DNA from: Octopus vulgaris
Taxonomy: Eukaryota
NCBI GenBank assembly: GCA_951406725.2
Contig: OX597826.1
Span: forward strand, 39,680,001-39,744,000
Length of the DNA: 64,000 bases
Direction of reading: 5' to 3'
In this document: piece by piece, positions 24,990 through 37,551 of the stretch
How positions within the stretch are numbered: position 1 is the first letter of the stretch
Layout: each line of letters opens with the position of its first letter
Notes under the pieces: model-generated
Seen by the model: the letters and a program-made list of their open reading frames with translations, nothing else
What the model was told of the DNA's origin: nothing
Databases searched by the model: none
Program-made: the position numbers and the translations under genes

Positions 24990-25993
24990 AATTTCTTTAT
25001 TGGCCACTGAGGGCCAAACACAGAGGGGACAGCACAAGGACAGACAACACAAAGTGGAGACATAAAACATAAACGAATTAATGAAATGAATTATAAAATT
25101 AATGAGGGTGGAATGGCTATTTGAACCTCACTCGCGTGTAATACATTTAACGAGCGGATCTATGCCATGGCCGAAAATTCCTTGTAGTTTTTGTACCTGT
25201 CCACATGTATTAATATGCATTTTATGTCTGTTAGGTAGCACTCTACAGGCATTTTAACTCTTATTACTGATTTAATTTTTGAAACCTTTCTCTCGATGGA
25301 ATGCTCGTCACATAGGCCATCAAATATGCCCTATTTTTAAAACTGGTTTGAAAGGTTTGTGTGTCTGCTTGGGTGTCTTTATGTGTTTCTATTTGTGTAT
25401 GTCTATCTGGTGAATCTGGGCATTTTAGGATGTTTGTGTTGTTTGAGGGTGTTTACGGTGGTGAGGTAAACTGTGTGAGTGTGTTTTCTATATTTGTTTT
25501 CTGTGTGCTGGATGCTCCTCCTGGAACTCTTCGTCCATACTTTCCACATGTGTTGCTTCTATGGTTTCCTCTGTCCTCTCGACTCTGTTGCCTTTCTCGT
25601 TTTACTTCTACGCCACCAGTGCCTGATTGTTTAACAGGGAACGGCTCACCTTTGTGTGTCCCTTCCTTCTGCAGTGTTAGCAGATGGGAGGTCTCCCCTC
25701 CACCACCACTGTCAGCTTCACTTCTTCAGGCAGCTCAATTTCCTTCACTATTTCTTCTAAGTTCAGTGGCATGGCCTGGATTAAAACATCCAGGCCATAG
25801 CCCCATCAGTTCAGTTGCTTTGCCTGAGTTGCTTGTATTATTTTTGGGTCCTCTTTTGACCCCGTGAGTATTGCTGCCAGTAACCACATCTCAGCTATCT
25901 CGGGGGGTACCTTGCTAATCCTTACTCTCGCCACACATTTACCGAGATAGGTTGGCAAGAATGCCGATCCCTCCGTTCTCAATGTTGTGGTGG
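24990..25993 (-). mobile_element. Tx1-like ORF1 remnant joined directly to a Tx1-type 3' tail
   Basis: FLPTYLGKCVARVRISKVPPEI...VVVEGRPPIC*HCRRKGH (gag-type zinc knuckle). Tail TGTCCTTGTGCTGTCCCCTCTGTGTTTGGCCCTCAGTGGCCAATAAAGAAA. No EN or RT is recognisable in between. Confidence 0.7.
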
Positions 25994-26120
25994 AACTGTA
26001 AAGTTTCAGTAAAACTTTCCAGAAATTTATCATTTAAATATATATGCGCCTGTCTAGATATGCAAATATATGCATGAAGATACATACGTAAAACAAGACA
26101 TACAAATCTGTACATATACA
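25994..26120 (+). mobile_element. 3' UTR of the R4/Dong family seen at 9420-10685
   Basis: AAAACTTTCCAGAAATTTATCAT...TCTAGATATGC...CATACAAATCTG matches the reverse complement of 9420-9545 and runs into (CATA)n. Confidence 0.8.
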
Positions 26121-26166
26121 CATACATACATACATACATACATACATACATACATACATACATACA

Positions 26167-26198
<32 letters not shown>

Positions 26199-26199
26199 C

Positions 26200-26588
26200 A
26201 ATAATGTGTAATGGTGTCTGTCGTGTGTGTGTTTGGAGTTACTCTAACTCCTCCCACACCGTCCAACCGATTTTAATGATTTTTGGCAGATAGGTAGATC
26301 ACATGCCCTGAAGATCAAATAAGTCTAGAATTTTTCGAAAACTCGATTAATGCCCAGCTGCGTCGGCTGCAAAATCTCCGTTCCGTCAACAAAACTCCGT
26401 CGCCTACTCTGACCATTCCCCTCCCCGCTTGCCACACATCTACTGATCCTGCAACACCCTGCCGAGCCAGATATAACATCTTAATGGGTAACAGCTGGCA
26501 CGGGGAACGAAGAAAATTTCAATACAAGGTCAGAAGTGGGCTTAACTTCAACACGGAAAACACGAGCAACGCCGGGTCCATAGCTACT
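26200..26588 (+). mobile_element. Non-autonomous Helitron-like element
   Basis: 5' TGTCTGTCGTGTG...AACCGATTTTAATGATTTTTGG. 3' CGAGCAACGCCGGGTCCATAGCTA(C) resembles a hairpin plus CTAG terminus. Confidence 0.45.
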
Positions 26589-26689
26589 ACATACATACGT
26601 ACATACATACATACATACATACATACATACATACATACATACATACATACATTCATACATACATACATACTTACATACATACATACATA

Positions 26690-27060
26690 GGGATGGATGA
26701 AAATATATCTTACAATGACACCTATAACAAAACACGTGTTACTAAAGCATATTACAGCCGAATAAAGCAAATTTGGATCTCAGACCTCTCTATATTCCAT
26801 AAAACAGTGGCCTGCAATGTGTTTGCACTGCCAGTACTCACACCAACATTTGGGATGCTTGATTGGACGCTTATTGAGATCCGAGTCATTGATGTGAAAA
26901 CCCTAAAAATACTAAGAATCACACATAATTTCCACATAAACAGTGACGTAGACCGCTAGTACCTGAAACGAAAACAAGGCGACAGAGGCTTAACATTGAT
27001 CCAAAATGCCTTTGAATGTCGCATCATATTCCTTCGGCAACATCTTTTAACCACCAAGTG
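26690..27060 (+). mobile_element. R4/Dong-clade RT thumb fragment
   Basis: YYSRIKQIWISDLS..HKTVACNVFALPVLTPTFGMLDW...IDVKT...FHINSDVDR*YLKRKQGDRGL. Begins immediately after (CATA)n. Confidence 0.85.
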
Positions 27061-27470
27061 TCTTTAAAAAAAAGGGACAGATTAGATAATGTGATCCTAA
27101 GTATACTGTGCCCTAAGTTAGGGAAAAGGATGGAATGCCTGTGATTGTAGGAGGTCCCTGACTTACTCCTCTTAAAGCTGACCAGGGGCTAAGACAACAA
27201 CGAACAATGCTGGCAGGTACGCGATTACAAAAGGACTACATTTACTACTGAATAACCTGTAACTGGTTGTTTCCGGAGAAAGTTGCTCGTTTTTCTCGTG
27301 GTTTCCCATGCACCAGCACCATGATTTTCAGATAGAACAAACTATATGCTTCGAGCCTGGAGATAGCTTGGATACACAAGACTCATTATGAAAACCTACC
27401 CAGCCTCATAATAAGAGGCTATATGTAGCTCTTATTTTAGTACAGTGTACGTTAAATTACACACACACAG

Positions 27471-27504
<34 letters not shown>

Positions 27505-28306
27505 CTCAGACCTTCTAGAAGCAATTCTATAAACTCATGTTTATGCGCACGCGCTCACACTCACACATATGCAAAACCCTGCACACTATCTACGCCAGCT
27601 TTTTACAACCTGGGGTATCCGTAACAATAGTGGTTTTAGGTGGCCTTACGAGAGTGAAATGTAACGAGGAGAGGGAAGCATTTATATTATGAAAATAGCT
27701 CAACAAAATGAATTATTAAATAAGTCCTTAAAGTAACTAAATTACATTGAGTCAACACAAACTATATTATCCTACATATGTAGATTGAAGCATAGGCAAC
27801 AAATTGTGACCAACAAATTTGTCGTTATTCCATTTGCGATGTCACTCTTTTATTGATTTAGATTCAGTTGTCTTTTGTCAGTTACAATTAAATCTGGGAA
27901 TCACTCGAAATCTAAAACAGGCATGCAGAGAGCAATCGGTAAGAAACTATAACATTTCGATAAACTTATCTCTGAGAAATATAAACAAAGAGCGCAGTAA
28001 AACGTTGTGATTGATATCACTGTTCACAGTTTAATTTTTCTCATTGTTCGTTTTATATTAGCATTTTATTCACCGAGTCAAAATCTAAGTTTAGTTGAAT
28101 TTGTCTATCTACCGTACTGTATGTAGTTCAGTTTTCAAAACATAAATTGGTTATCTTCAACTGTGATATTCATTTTACTGGAGGTGAGAAAATGATTCAA
28201 ATGTTTCCTTGGTCTGCAAAAGGTTGTAAGACATTGACTATAATTGTCTATCTGTCTCTCTTTCACACACACACACACATACACACAAAAAAATACACAC
28301 ACACAA

Positions 28307-28338
<32 letters not shown>

Positions 28339-29562
28339 ACGAAACCACTATTTCATTCTACCCTCAATTCAGTATGTTAACAGCATGAACTCACTATTTC
28401 TTTCCCCTTTTTTTCTTTAGACACTTGTATCTGATCCTACCTCTCATACATAACACAAATACGTACATGGACACCCACACACGCACATATATGCGAGCGC
28501 GCATGTATACTTTCTTCTTTTCAGAATTCATTTCTTTGTTTCTCTCCTACCTCCAAACGGTTTCTCACATCACCGTGACGCAACTCACTGACATCAATCG
28601 ATGACATTTTCTATTTTCTGTGATATATATATGGATGACTCTGAAATCGTATCTGATAGCTAATCGCTAATAATCATAGAATGGAAGATTTGATTCATCA
28701 AATAATCAGGAGCCATCAGAAATGGTTCTCGCATGGGACAAATTTCAATCCCAATCGGTATATTGTATTTTAGAAATAATATTTATTCTTTTATCATTAA
28801 AAATCTAACATATTTACTTGTTCATTCGCTTGATTGCTACAAGTATTTCTCTTCATATCACCATTGGTTTCATTATGTACTTTTTGATGTTTTCACCACT
28901 CAACCAAAACATATAATTACGATTTGTAATATGTTTATTAGTTTTCCGTTGTATTATAATTATATAATCTAGCTGCAATGGCAGAGAGCCTAAGCTGCTG
29001 TGTTATTGAAACAAAAAGTAATAGATTCATATCTTCTGGTTACTCGTTTACAGTAATATATAGTAGTTTCGAAATAATTCTGTTACTGACCCGAGGTAAA
29101 CATTCAACAACTAAAATATATAACATCTTAAATAAGTCACCTGTCTGTTACAACATATTAATAAACACCCTACTATTCGTTGCGTTCTAGTGAAAGCTGT
29201 TTTTCTGGCCATTGCACCTAGTGGCGTTCCGTGAGTTTTCGCCCCCTCCTTGCAATAACCTGGTCGAGTGCTCTCTGTCTCAAACATAGCATTTCTTCGG
29301 CAACAATAACCATACTTGTATATAGTAGCCACCCTGTGTAATCTGCAACCCCACCTTACATTCTCTGAACGTTCAGATAGTTTTCCTTTCTAAACTGTGT
29401 CAACACACCAAACATTTCCTCCGACGCTTTGATCACCCTCTGGAATCACATTTCTAAACACACAGCTCCTAGAACAAAGTTTCTATGTATTTTCCTCCCC
29501 CACTCCATTGTCCTCAAGACACTAAACTGCAAACATTCCTCACTTATCACAACCACTTTCAT

Positions 29563-29784
29563 ATTCTTTTCTACTCTAGGCACAAGGACCAAAATTTTTT
29601 TTTGGTGAGTGGGGGCAATCAATTAAATGACCCCAGTACGCAACTGATACTTAATATATCAACCCCAAAAAGGATGGAAGGCAAAGTCCACCTCGGCGGA
29701 ATTTGAACTCAGAATGTAATTACAGATGAAATTTCGCTAAGCATTTCGCCCGGCGTGCTAACGTTTCTGCTACCTCGCCGCCTT
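29563..29784 (-). mobile_element. SINE family D
   Basis: Reverse complement of head, core and the CCTTGTGCCTAGAGTAGAAAAG tail. Confidence 0.8.
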
Positions 29785-31196
29785 AAAACCGCTTTTATGT
29801 TGAAAGCTTAGTCTTTTAAGAAACCCACCTTCCTTTGTAGAAAAAACTATTTTAACACTTAATAACTTGTAAAAACAATAATTTTCCAAATATTTATGTT
29901 AACACATTTCAAATGAAATTTGTTATACATTTTCATTTGATTTTATTCATGATTTAACTATTCAAACTGTTATTTGCAGGAAAATAATATTTATGGTCAT
30001 GAATGTTTTCGTAATGTTGTTTATATTATGAGCTGTGAAACTAGAAAACTTTTGATGCCAACCACTAATTTATTTGATCAATTCTTATGAATTACAATGC
30101 TCTGAAACTTTGCAGAAAGAAAAGTTTTAAATAATTGAATTTATTTTCTTCATATTCAAAAATAGGTTATTCTCCTTTTGTTTAACAGAATAGAGTGTAA
30201 AGTAACTGTGGTCAACGATATACAAATGTAGACCATTAATACAGTTTCAATGCAGGTAGAGACCAGTAGTAAACAAGTCTCCGATTTTACTTTCAAAACT
30301 AAATTATATTTCATAACTGAAATATTTTTTTTATATTCGATCTGTTCTGTATTGAAATTTTAGTTCTTCCTTGGAAGGGGTCTGAAATGTACCATTTCTA
30401 TGAGAAGATTTATTCAAGATTAGTTTCTTCTGACCTCTTGCACTGCACAACTCAGTTGATTCTATGACAAGATCAAACTCGTGTGTATGACTGACACTTT
30501 ATTTGAACTCATACTGTTGAGAGCTGTAATGGATGATGCAAGTCATTCTAACCGACACTATTATAACTCACCAATTCACTGCTTTTGAAACGATATACAA
30601 AACGAACTAAAGAATGAGTATGTGCAACAATAAAAATATAGTAGAATCCAATGAAACCAGTGATATATCTGATGGTAGCTCTTAAATAGAAATAGTTCTC
30701 AAATTAAATTCATTGCAAGGAGGAGAAAACTTATCTGACATTTCCGGCATAGCTTTACGTCTTGGTCCTAGCAATGTAAGTTTCCGGCACAAAACATCAG
30801 CTTTCTCCTATTCTTTGAACCAAACTAACTTATTTAACTTTATAAACAGTGTGTACTCTATCGAAGAAAATACACCAAATAATCTCTCTCTACACAGAAA
30901 AACAATATATAAATTCTTTGCTTACTTTTACAGCTCTTTATTTTTTTTACCGTCGAAAGACTATAAATATCGTATAAGATTTTCTCATTAATCATTCATA
31001 ACCAGGAATAAAATAAAGTAAACAAAACATCAATCATATTTTCTTTTCTCTAATGCTGACCTACAAGGTTTCCATAGTAACAATTTAATCTTTATTATTT
31101 ACTTACCCCATAGATTTCATTTTCTATTTGGACTGATTTCTCTGTATGTTTAAATTGCTACTAAATTCATTCTCTTAGTAACCACAGCAAACGTAT

Positions 31197-31232
<36 letters not shown>

Positions 31233-31689
31233 TATACAGTGAATATACATAGCCTTGAGAGTTCCTCCTATCATGTACAAAGAAAATGACTGCTTTCCTG
31301 TTGAGTGGAGTTAAAGAAACAGAAAAACAGTCACGGATTTTTTTGTTGAGAAAAAAAGAAGCAAGTCTTATTTCAAAACTTCCTTTCAACCATAACATTC
31401 TTCTTGCAACACACCATTAAAAAAAAATGTTTCCGTAGAATTATCATTTGTCCAATATTAATATTTATCTAAATTATCAAACGAAAGAAGTAAAGCACAT
31501 GTACTTTTGTACATACATGCGTATCACGCGTTTATTTAAACCAATTAGCTTGTAGTTTACATGTAATGGTTTTATGAGTGAGCAAACTTCGTTTGTTTCG
31601 ATCGTTTTAATTTCAGTTGGTGGGGGCCTTCTTTTATTTTGTTTATATTTATATGTTAAAAATATTTTTTAATCCATATCATTAAATGG

Positions 31690-32980
31690 TTGTTATATGA
31701 TTGTTGGTATTTCCGTTCAGAACAGGTTTGAACATTTTAATGAAACGTTTTTCTTTTATCTTTCTTCCAACCTCACTTGTTGCGTCCCCAAAGACTATCC
31801 CCTCCTCACCGTGGTGGGGACGCTGGCAACGGGTGGTGTCAGAGCTATGCCGTCGGGAACTTCGGTTCCTGGTAGGGCCACCCAAGGCGGATCGGTCCGA
31901 CACCGAATGGTATTAGGGCCACAACCCGACAGACGGAGTGTCTGTTTCGGCAACCGGCGGCTCCTCGGTCGTTCTGTCCCTGCGTCTGCGGCAAACAGGA
32001 TGTCTCTACATGCGGGATTGTTGGGGACCGCTTGTGAAATCCACATATTCCCACGAAACTTCTTCCATGAATTCTCAATGGCGAATACAATGGCAAAATC
32101 GGCCTGCACCGATGGAACCGTGACTGGCTCGCTATCTCCAGTGAACTGGCGCAGGACCGTCGTGCGTGGGCTGCCATAGTTCAAGATGCCTCGAGGGTGA
32201 TAGAAGAAACCGACTCAACCCGCCCAGGGGGAATGTCACCACAAGTACAAGTAAGTAAACCTCACTTGTGTCTTGTAGTTTGTGAAAAATTAGAAACATA
32301 AGAAAAATTAGAAAAATTAGAAACATTTTCTGATCACATGTTTCTATATGCTCGCTCTATGGAATTTGGCGAACATTAGTGTTCCGGATATTTGTTGTCT
32401 GTGAATACGTGAGCGTTCTGATAATGCATTACCTGTCTCACCAATGTATAATTTCACGCAATTAGGGCATGTAATACAGTATATCAATTTCCTGCTCTTG
32501 CAGTTCATATATGCATTTGTGAAAATCTCTCCATTTTTTTTCTAATGGATTTACCAGTATGCATGTATTCACACGTTCCACATCTGTTATCATTATAATT
32601 GGATATCGTGAATGTTTTATCCTATTTATTCATGTTTGATTAGTTAAGTTTTTTAAATTTTCACTTTGTTTCATGATTGGCAAATTTGTTTTGATGATGT
32701 TAAAAATGTTTTGGTGATGCGGACTACGTTTTATTACAAATGTTATTGTGTTCCACTGAAGGGTTCGTCTTCTTGTGTTGCCCTAAGTTGTTCTATCGGT
32801 ATCTCTTTTACTCGTTTAATACTATTTTCTATAAGTAGGAGAGGGTATTTTTGCGTGAGCAGAAATCTTTTGAGTTCTATAAGTCGTATGCTCCTGGTAT
32901 TTGAATCTTATACTATAATACAAATTTTCCTGGTTAGACAATGTACAATTACATGTCATGTAATTCCTTTAACATGAAGA
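31690..32980 (-). mobile_element. Penelope-like element GIY-YIG region, interrupted by an insertion
   Basis: MNCKSRKLIYCITCPNCVKLYIGETGNALSERSRIHRQQI. The C-terminus IFHKLQDTSEV|GRKIKEKRFIKMFKPVLN is restored when 31781-32257 and one TSD copy are removed. Confidence 0.85.
31781..32257 (+). mobile_element. Non-autonomous bipartite RTE-derived retroelement (5' UTR + 3' end)
   Basis: 12-bp TSD AACCTCACTTGT (31769-31780, 32258-32269). RTE/BovB-like 5' motif GAGCTATGCCGT...AGGGCCACCCAAGGCGGA. RTE C-terminus GLHRWNRDWLAISSELAQDRRAWAAIV...STRPG. CAAGTA-type tail. Confidence 0.85.
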
Positions 32981-33393
32981 AATGCTGGTCACAAGCAGAG
33001 TGAGAGGATTCTTTTTGAAGCACAGTCAACAATAGAGATGATTAGTCTAAAGTATTTCTAAACCTGGTGTTAGATATCGCCCACAAAAATTAGAATTCTA
33101 AACAATTAGTTGTCTCTTAACATACTTTACATTTTAACATTAGTTATATACGAATTCATTCTTGCTCACCTTTAGATTTCGCTTCCTTTAATTTTACACA
33201 GAACAATGATTGTCATGATTTATAAGTTATGCAATTCGTAGCATTGTTTCCCTAATTTCTTTTCTCTTTTTGTATTATATAATATATTAATAATTCAGAA
33301 ATCAATATTACATAGTTTTAAATTATTAACAATTTAAAACAACGCTTTCTTCTTAGCTCAATAGATACTTGCATATTAGTTGAGATCAAGGTA

Positions 33394-34303
33394 TTGGGTC
33401 GTCTCATAAATAATGCGGTGTTTTTAATTGCATGAACTAAAAAGTCTGAGGAGAGCGGGATAAATTATGTGCAGCAACTTGCCATAAAAGCAGGTAGTAA
33501 TTTTACCTTGTACTTATTCTTAGTTCAAGTTTTGAAGAGTGCATTGAATTGTAACAGTTATTTTTTCAAAACTATAATGGAAGTGACAAAGGAACATATT
33601 CGGCATAGTTTGCTTTATGAGTTCAATAAAGCAATAACGCAACGGAAAGTGCGAGGAATATTAATGCAGTATATGGGAATCGGACAACAAGCGTACGACA
33701 ATGTCAACGGTGGTTCCAGAAATACCGACCCGGAAACAACTAGCCTGGAAAACGAGCCTCGTTCTGGGAGATTTGTAGAGCTCGACGAGAACGTCCTGCA
33801 AACCCTGGTGAAAAAAAATCCCGCCGTAACTGTCAAGCAGAGAAGCTTGGATTTGGTCATCCGACCAGTCATTCAAGCAAGCGCTAGTAGAAAACGACCA
33901 TCTTTGATTTGAAGACGAATGATGTTCTTCTATCCGGTTAATGCTCGACCACATACAGCGAGGATGACATTCCAAAGGCTGGAGCACTTTGAATGGGAAA
34001 CGATGCCCCACTCACCATATTCGTCGGACATTGCCCATCTTATTATCATTTATTCGGCTGTCCTCAAAATCATTTGGACAGAAAAAAATGAATTCTGTAG
34101 ACGAGGTTAGAACAGTGCTGGAGAAGTATTTTTTTTCATGAACAAGTGAATTTTGGAGAGGAGCCTTGGAAGTATACCAGATAGATAGGAGAGCAACGGA
34201 GAAAATGAAGGAGAGTATATTTTACATCTGAAAAAAAAACACTTTGTCTTAATTTTGAAGAATAAAAGAATAAAAAAACCGCATTATTTATGAGATGACC
34301 CAA
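33394..34303 (+). mobile_element. Mariner transposon, internally deleted, with intact TIRs
   Basis: TIRs TTGGGTCGTCTCATAAATAATGCGGT / ACCGCATTATTTATGAGATGACCCAA with TA TSDs. Peptides MEVTKEHIRHSLLYEF, ENEPRSGR, NARPHTA and HSPYSSDIA. Confidence 0.93.
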
Positions 34304-34427
34304 TATATATTTAATGATTTGGAAAACTACCACCACTTTACGCACATACATTCACACACTTATACATATGTAATTATAACGTACATAAACTGAGCATATG
34401 TACATACACACACACATACACACACAC

Positions 34428-34463
<36 letters not shown>

Positions 34464-34867
34464 TCGCACGCCCCGCCATAAAATCTCCGAAAACCTTCGA
34501 AAACATTTCTTCCCACAAATTTCTTTATAATCGTAATTTGTGCCATTTGAAAGGGATTTGTATAAACTTTCATTAAAAGATACCCATTTTCCTGAAAGTT
34601 ATAGCGGAAAAAAGTCAGATCGTGTGAATTTTCCGAAACTTCTCTCTCCATCCCCTCAGAAAAATTCTGTCCCATAAATACCTATATACTCTGAAGCCAC
34701 AACATTTAAGTGGTATTGGTAGAAAATGTTGCTTAAAAGTATCGATTTTTCCGGATGTTATGAGGCAATACAATCGGGGGCGTATACATCGGTAGTAATA
34801 CCCTATTATTTATACGATTCTTTCATTTCATGTTTATTTCAGTCATTGTTTGAAATATTCTGACTAC

Positions 34868-34937
<70 letters not shown>

Positions 34938-35049
34938 TTCACACAAACACTACAAAGCTTACAGATGTGCTGCTGAATTGAAATCTCTCAGTTGCCTTGA
35001 GGAGAAGATAAAATTTGACAAACTGCTTCTCCCTCTATTGTTGGACTAC

Positions 35050-35960
35050 CGTGATTACGACTGTGATAAAATAATGAAAGCAATATTTACTAAGCAAGTG
35101 AGTATTATTATACAAAGAAAGAGTTAGACATAAAATATCATAAAAGTTATTAGAATTGGGAATCAAATGTGAAAATATTATCAAGCGGCTAGCAGAAAAC
35201 CACCCGGAGGGCGGTCATTCTGTTAGTATCTCAAATAATCCTAGGTGTTCCTTACCACACGATGCGCTTAGCCATTACTTGAATTTTAATTCAGTGCTTT
35301 AACCGTACCCGCTGGAATGTATTATCCATATCTATTCATATCTATGTATTATCCAATGTCTGTGTGTATTTATGCCTAAAGTCAGAAGTGCAAGTGGCGA
35401 ATTGTCTATAAAATCTGATGAACCTTCTTTTGTGCAATATACCGAAACCCCCAACGAATTTAGATGGCCTTTCTGATAATTTGAGGGTAGAATAAATCCC
35501 CAGGAATACAATTTTTTTTTACTTCGGCCAATAGATCAAGGTGTGATAGCTAACTTCAAGGCATATTATATGAGAAGACCTAGCATGAAATGAAACTTTC
35601 AGCTTTGAATAGTGCTTGAAAAAATATGTGACCAGACGGTATCCGTGACATTACAAGTTTACCTCAATTAGAAACTCTACATGAAATTCAGAAATATATT
35701 GTGATACGTGCAAAGTATGTAGGATTTGAAGAAGTCAAAGAGGATGATGTGATTGAGTTATTAGTGTCCGAGAAAGAAATTTGATCTAACAAGGAGCTGA
35801 TGCTTTTACAAAAACAAACTCAATAAATGAGCTATTTAAATTTGCTACGAAAACTATTGCTAAAGAGTTGGTACTTATAGAGGAAGGTCTGCATGTTTTT
35901 GCTGATAATGGTGCTAAATGAGAACTTATCATAAATTATACAAAAGAAGTTTACAATTAG
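35050..35960 (+). mobile_element. pogo/Tigger transposase remnant
   Basis: RPIDQGVIANFKAYYMRR (Tigger QPMDQGVIxxFK motif) near 35525 and VGFEEVKEDDVIELL near 35720. Boundaries approximate. Confidence 0.7.
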
Positions 35961-35984
35961 ATCAGTTACAGAGCATATTTGAAA

Positions 35985-36300
35985 TTAGGTAATGCAGAAC
36001 GGACCGGTGTGAACGACGTTAATCGCAGAATACCGAAAGCTTAAATTCTATTGAGCAGGACATATCGCAAAGTTCACAATACGTGCAATTACCGAATGGT
36101 ATCCAAGAGATTAGAAAAGGCCACTTGAAACGTCATCTCGAGGATGGGAAATCGCTTTAGATAGAAGACTTGGGCTAATGTGAGAAAGGACGGAATCAAG
36201 AAAGAACTGAATGAGCAAGTGCAAAATTAGCATGCTTAACTCATGCATCTCGCTTGCAGTGGAAGAGGTTGTCGCCCCTGTTAGTTAAATAGAGCACGTT
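35985..36300 (+). mobile_element. RTE LINE 3' fragment
   Basis: KLKF..AGHIA...AITEWYPRD*KRP...RGW pattern of the RTE ORF C-terminus. Confidence 0.6.
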
Positions 36301-36409
36301 CTTTCCGTGGCTAAAGAATGTCTATCGCATATTTCTAGCAAAACCGGTGCTCTCTGCACACTTGGTCACATTTTAGTGACGATCAATTATACATACATAT
36401 ACATATATA

Positions 36410-36612
36410 TATATATAAAGTTAATACAAAGAGAAAATACGACAACGCGAGGATGTGCAACAAGTATAGTGTTATTGGACGCTCAGGAAAGGAAAGAAAG
36501 AAGGAGGATTTAACGTTTCGAGCGGAGCTCTTCGTCAGAAACATACGAAAAGGAAAGATCCAAGGAAGGGAAGACGGAGGAAAAAATCGCCAATGATACA
36601 CACGCGGTCACA
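36410..36612 (-). mobile_element. Short Penelope pLTR-like element with minimal hammerhead (36508-36542)
   Basis: Minus strand GTTT-CTGACGA-AGAGCTCCGCTC-GAAACGTT-AAAT. Same family as 7803-8010; lies between (TA)n and (CATA)n. Confidence 0.7.
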
Positions 36613-36636
36613 TACATACATACATACATACATACA

Positions 36637-36683
<47 letters not shown>

Positions 36684-36893
36684 GTGTGTTTTTGCGTTTG
36701 TGTTTGTTTCCTACCCCCGCTTGACAACTGGTGTTGGTGCTTTTACATCACCGTAACCTAGTGGTTCGGCAAATGAGATCGAAAAGTAGCAGGCTCAAAC
36801 AAAAATAAGTAATAGGTGCAATTCATTCGACTAAAAGATATTGAAGATGGTGACCCAGCATGATCGCAGTCAAATGACTTAAACAAATAAAAG

Positions 36894-36972
<79 letters not shown>

Positions 36973-36974
<2 letters not shown>

Positions 36975-37325
36975 AGAGGCGCAATAGACAGCGGACTCGC
37001 GGTTGTAGGATCGCGGTTTCAATTCCCAGACCTGGCGTTCTGTGTGTTTATTGATCGAAAACACCTAAGAGCTCAACGAGGCTCCGGCAGGGGATGGATG
37101 GGTGGCGAACTCTGCTGTACATTTTCACCACAACTTTCTCTCAATCTTTCTTCCTGTTTCTGTTGTACTTGTATTTCGAAGGGCCAACCTTGTCACATTC
37201 TGTGTCACGCTGAATCTCCCCGTGTCTGTGGTGTGCTAAGCCACTTGCACGTATATTTCACGAGCAAGCTGTTCCGTTGATCGGATCAACTGGAACCTTC
37301 GTCGTCGGAGCCCACGGAGTGCCGC
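36973..37325 (+). mobile_element. SINE family B (diverged)
   Basis: Aligns to 4456-4838 with small deletions. Confidence 0.85.
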
Positions 37326-37439
37326 TAGTAAATATGCACAAATATTCGTACGCACAGGCACATGTACTGCACCTTGTTCCTGATTTTCGAACAAATAATT
37401 GAGCTTATATTAATTCATACACACATACACACACACGCG

Positions 37440-37551
<112 letters not shown>

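Noticed and set aside
28690-28760. Minus-strand CPM motif as the next (Cys-loop) exon of the channel
   Set aside because: No C-x13-C spacing and no FPxDxQ motif. No other exon of the channel could be identified by eye in this window.
31697-32184. Overlapping 160-aa, 129-aa and 110-aa ORFs
   Set aside because: By-products of the GC-rich RTE-derived insert; only the last ~50 codons in a different frame resemble a known protein.
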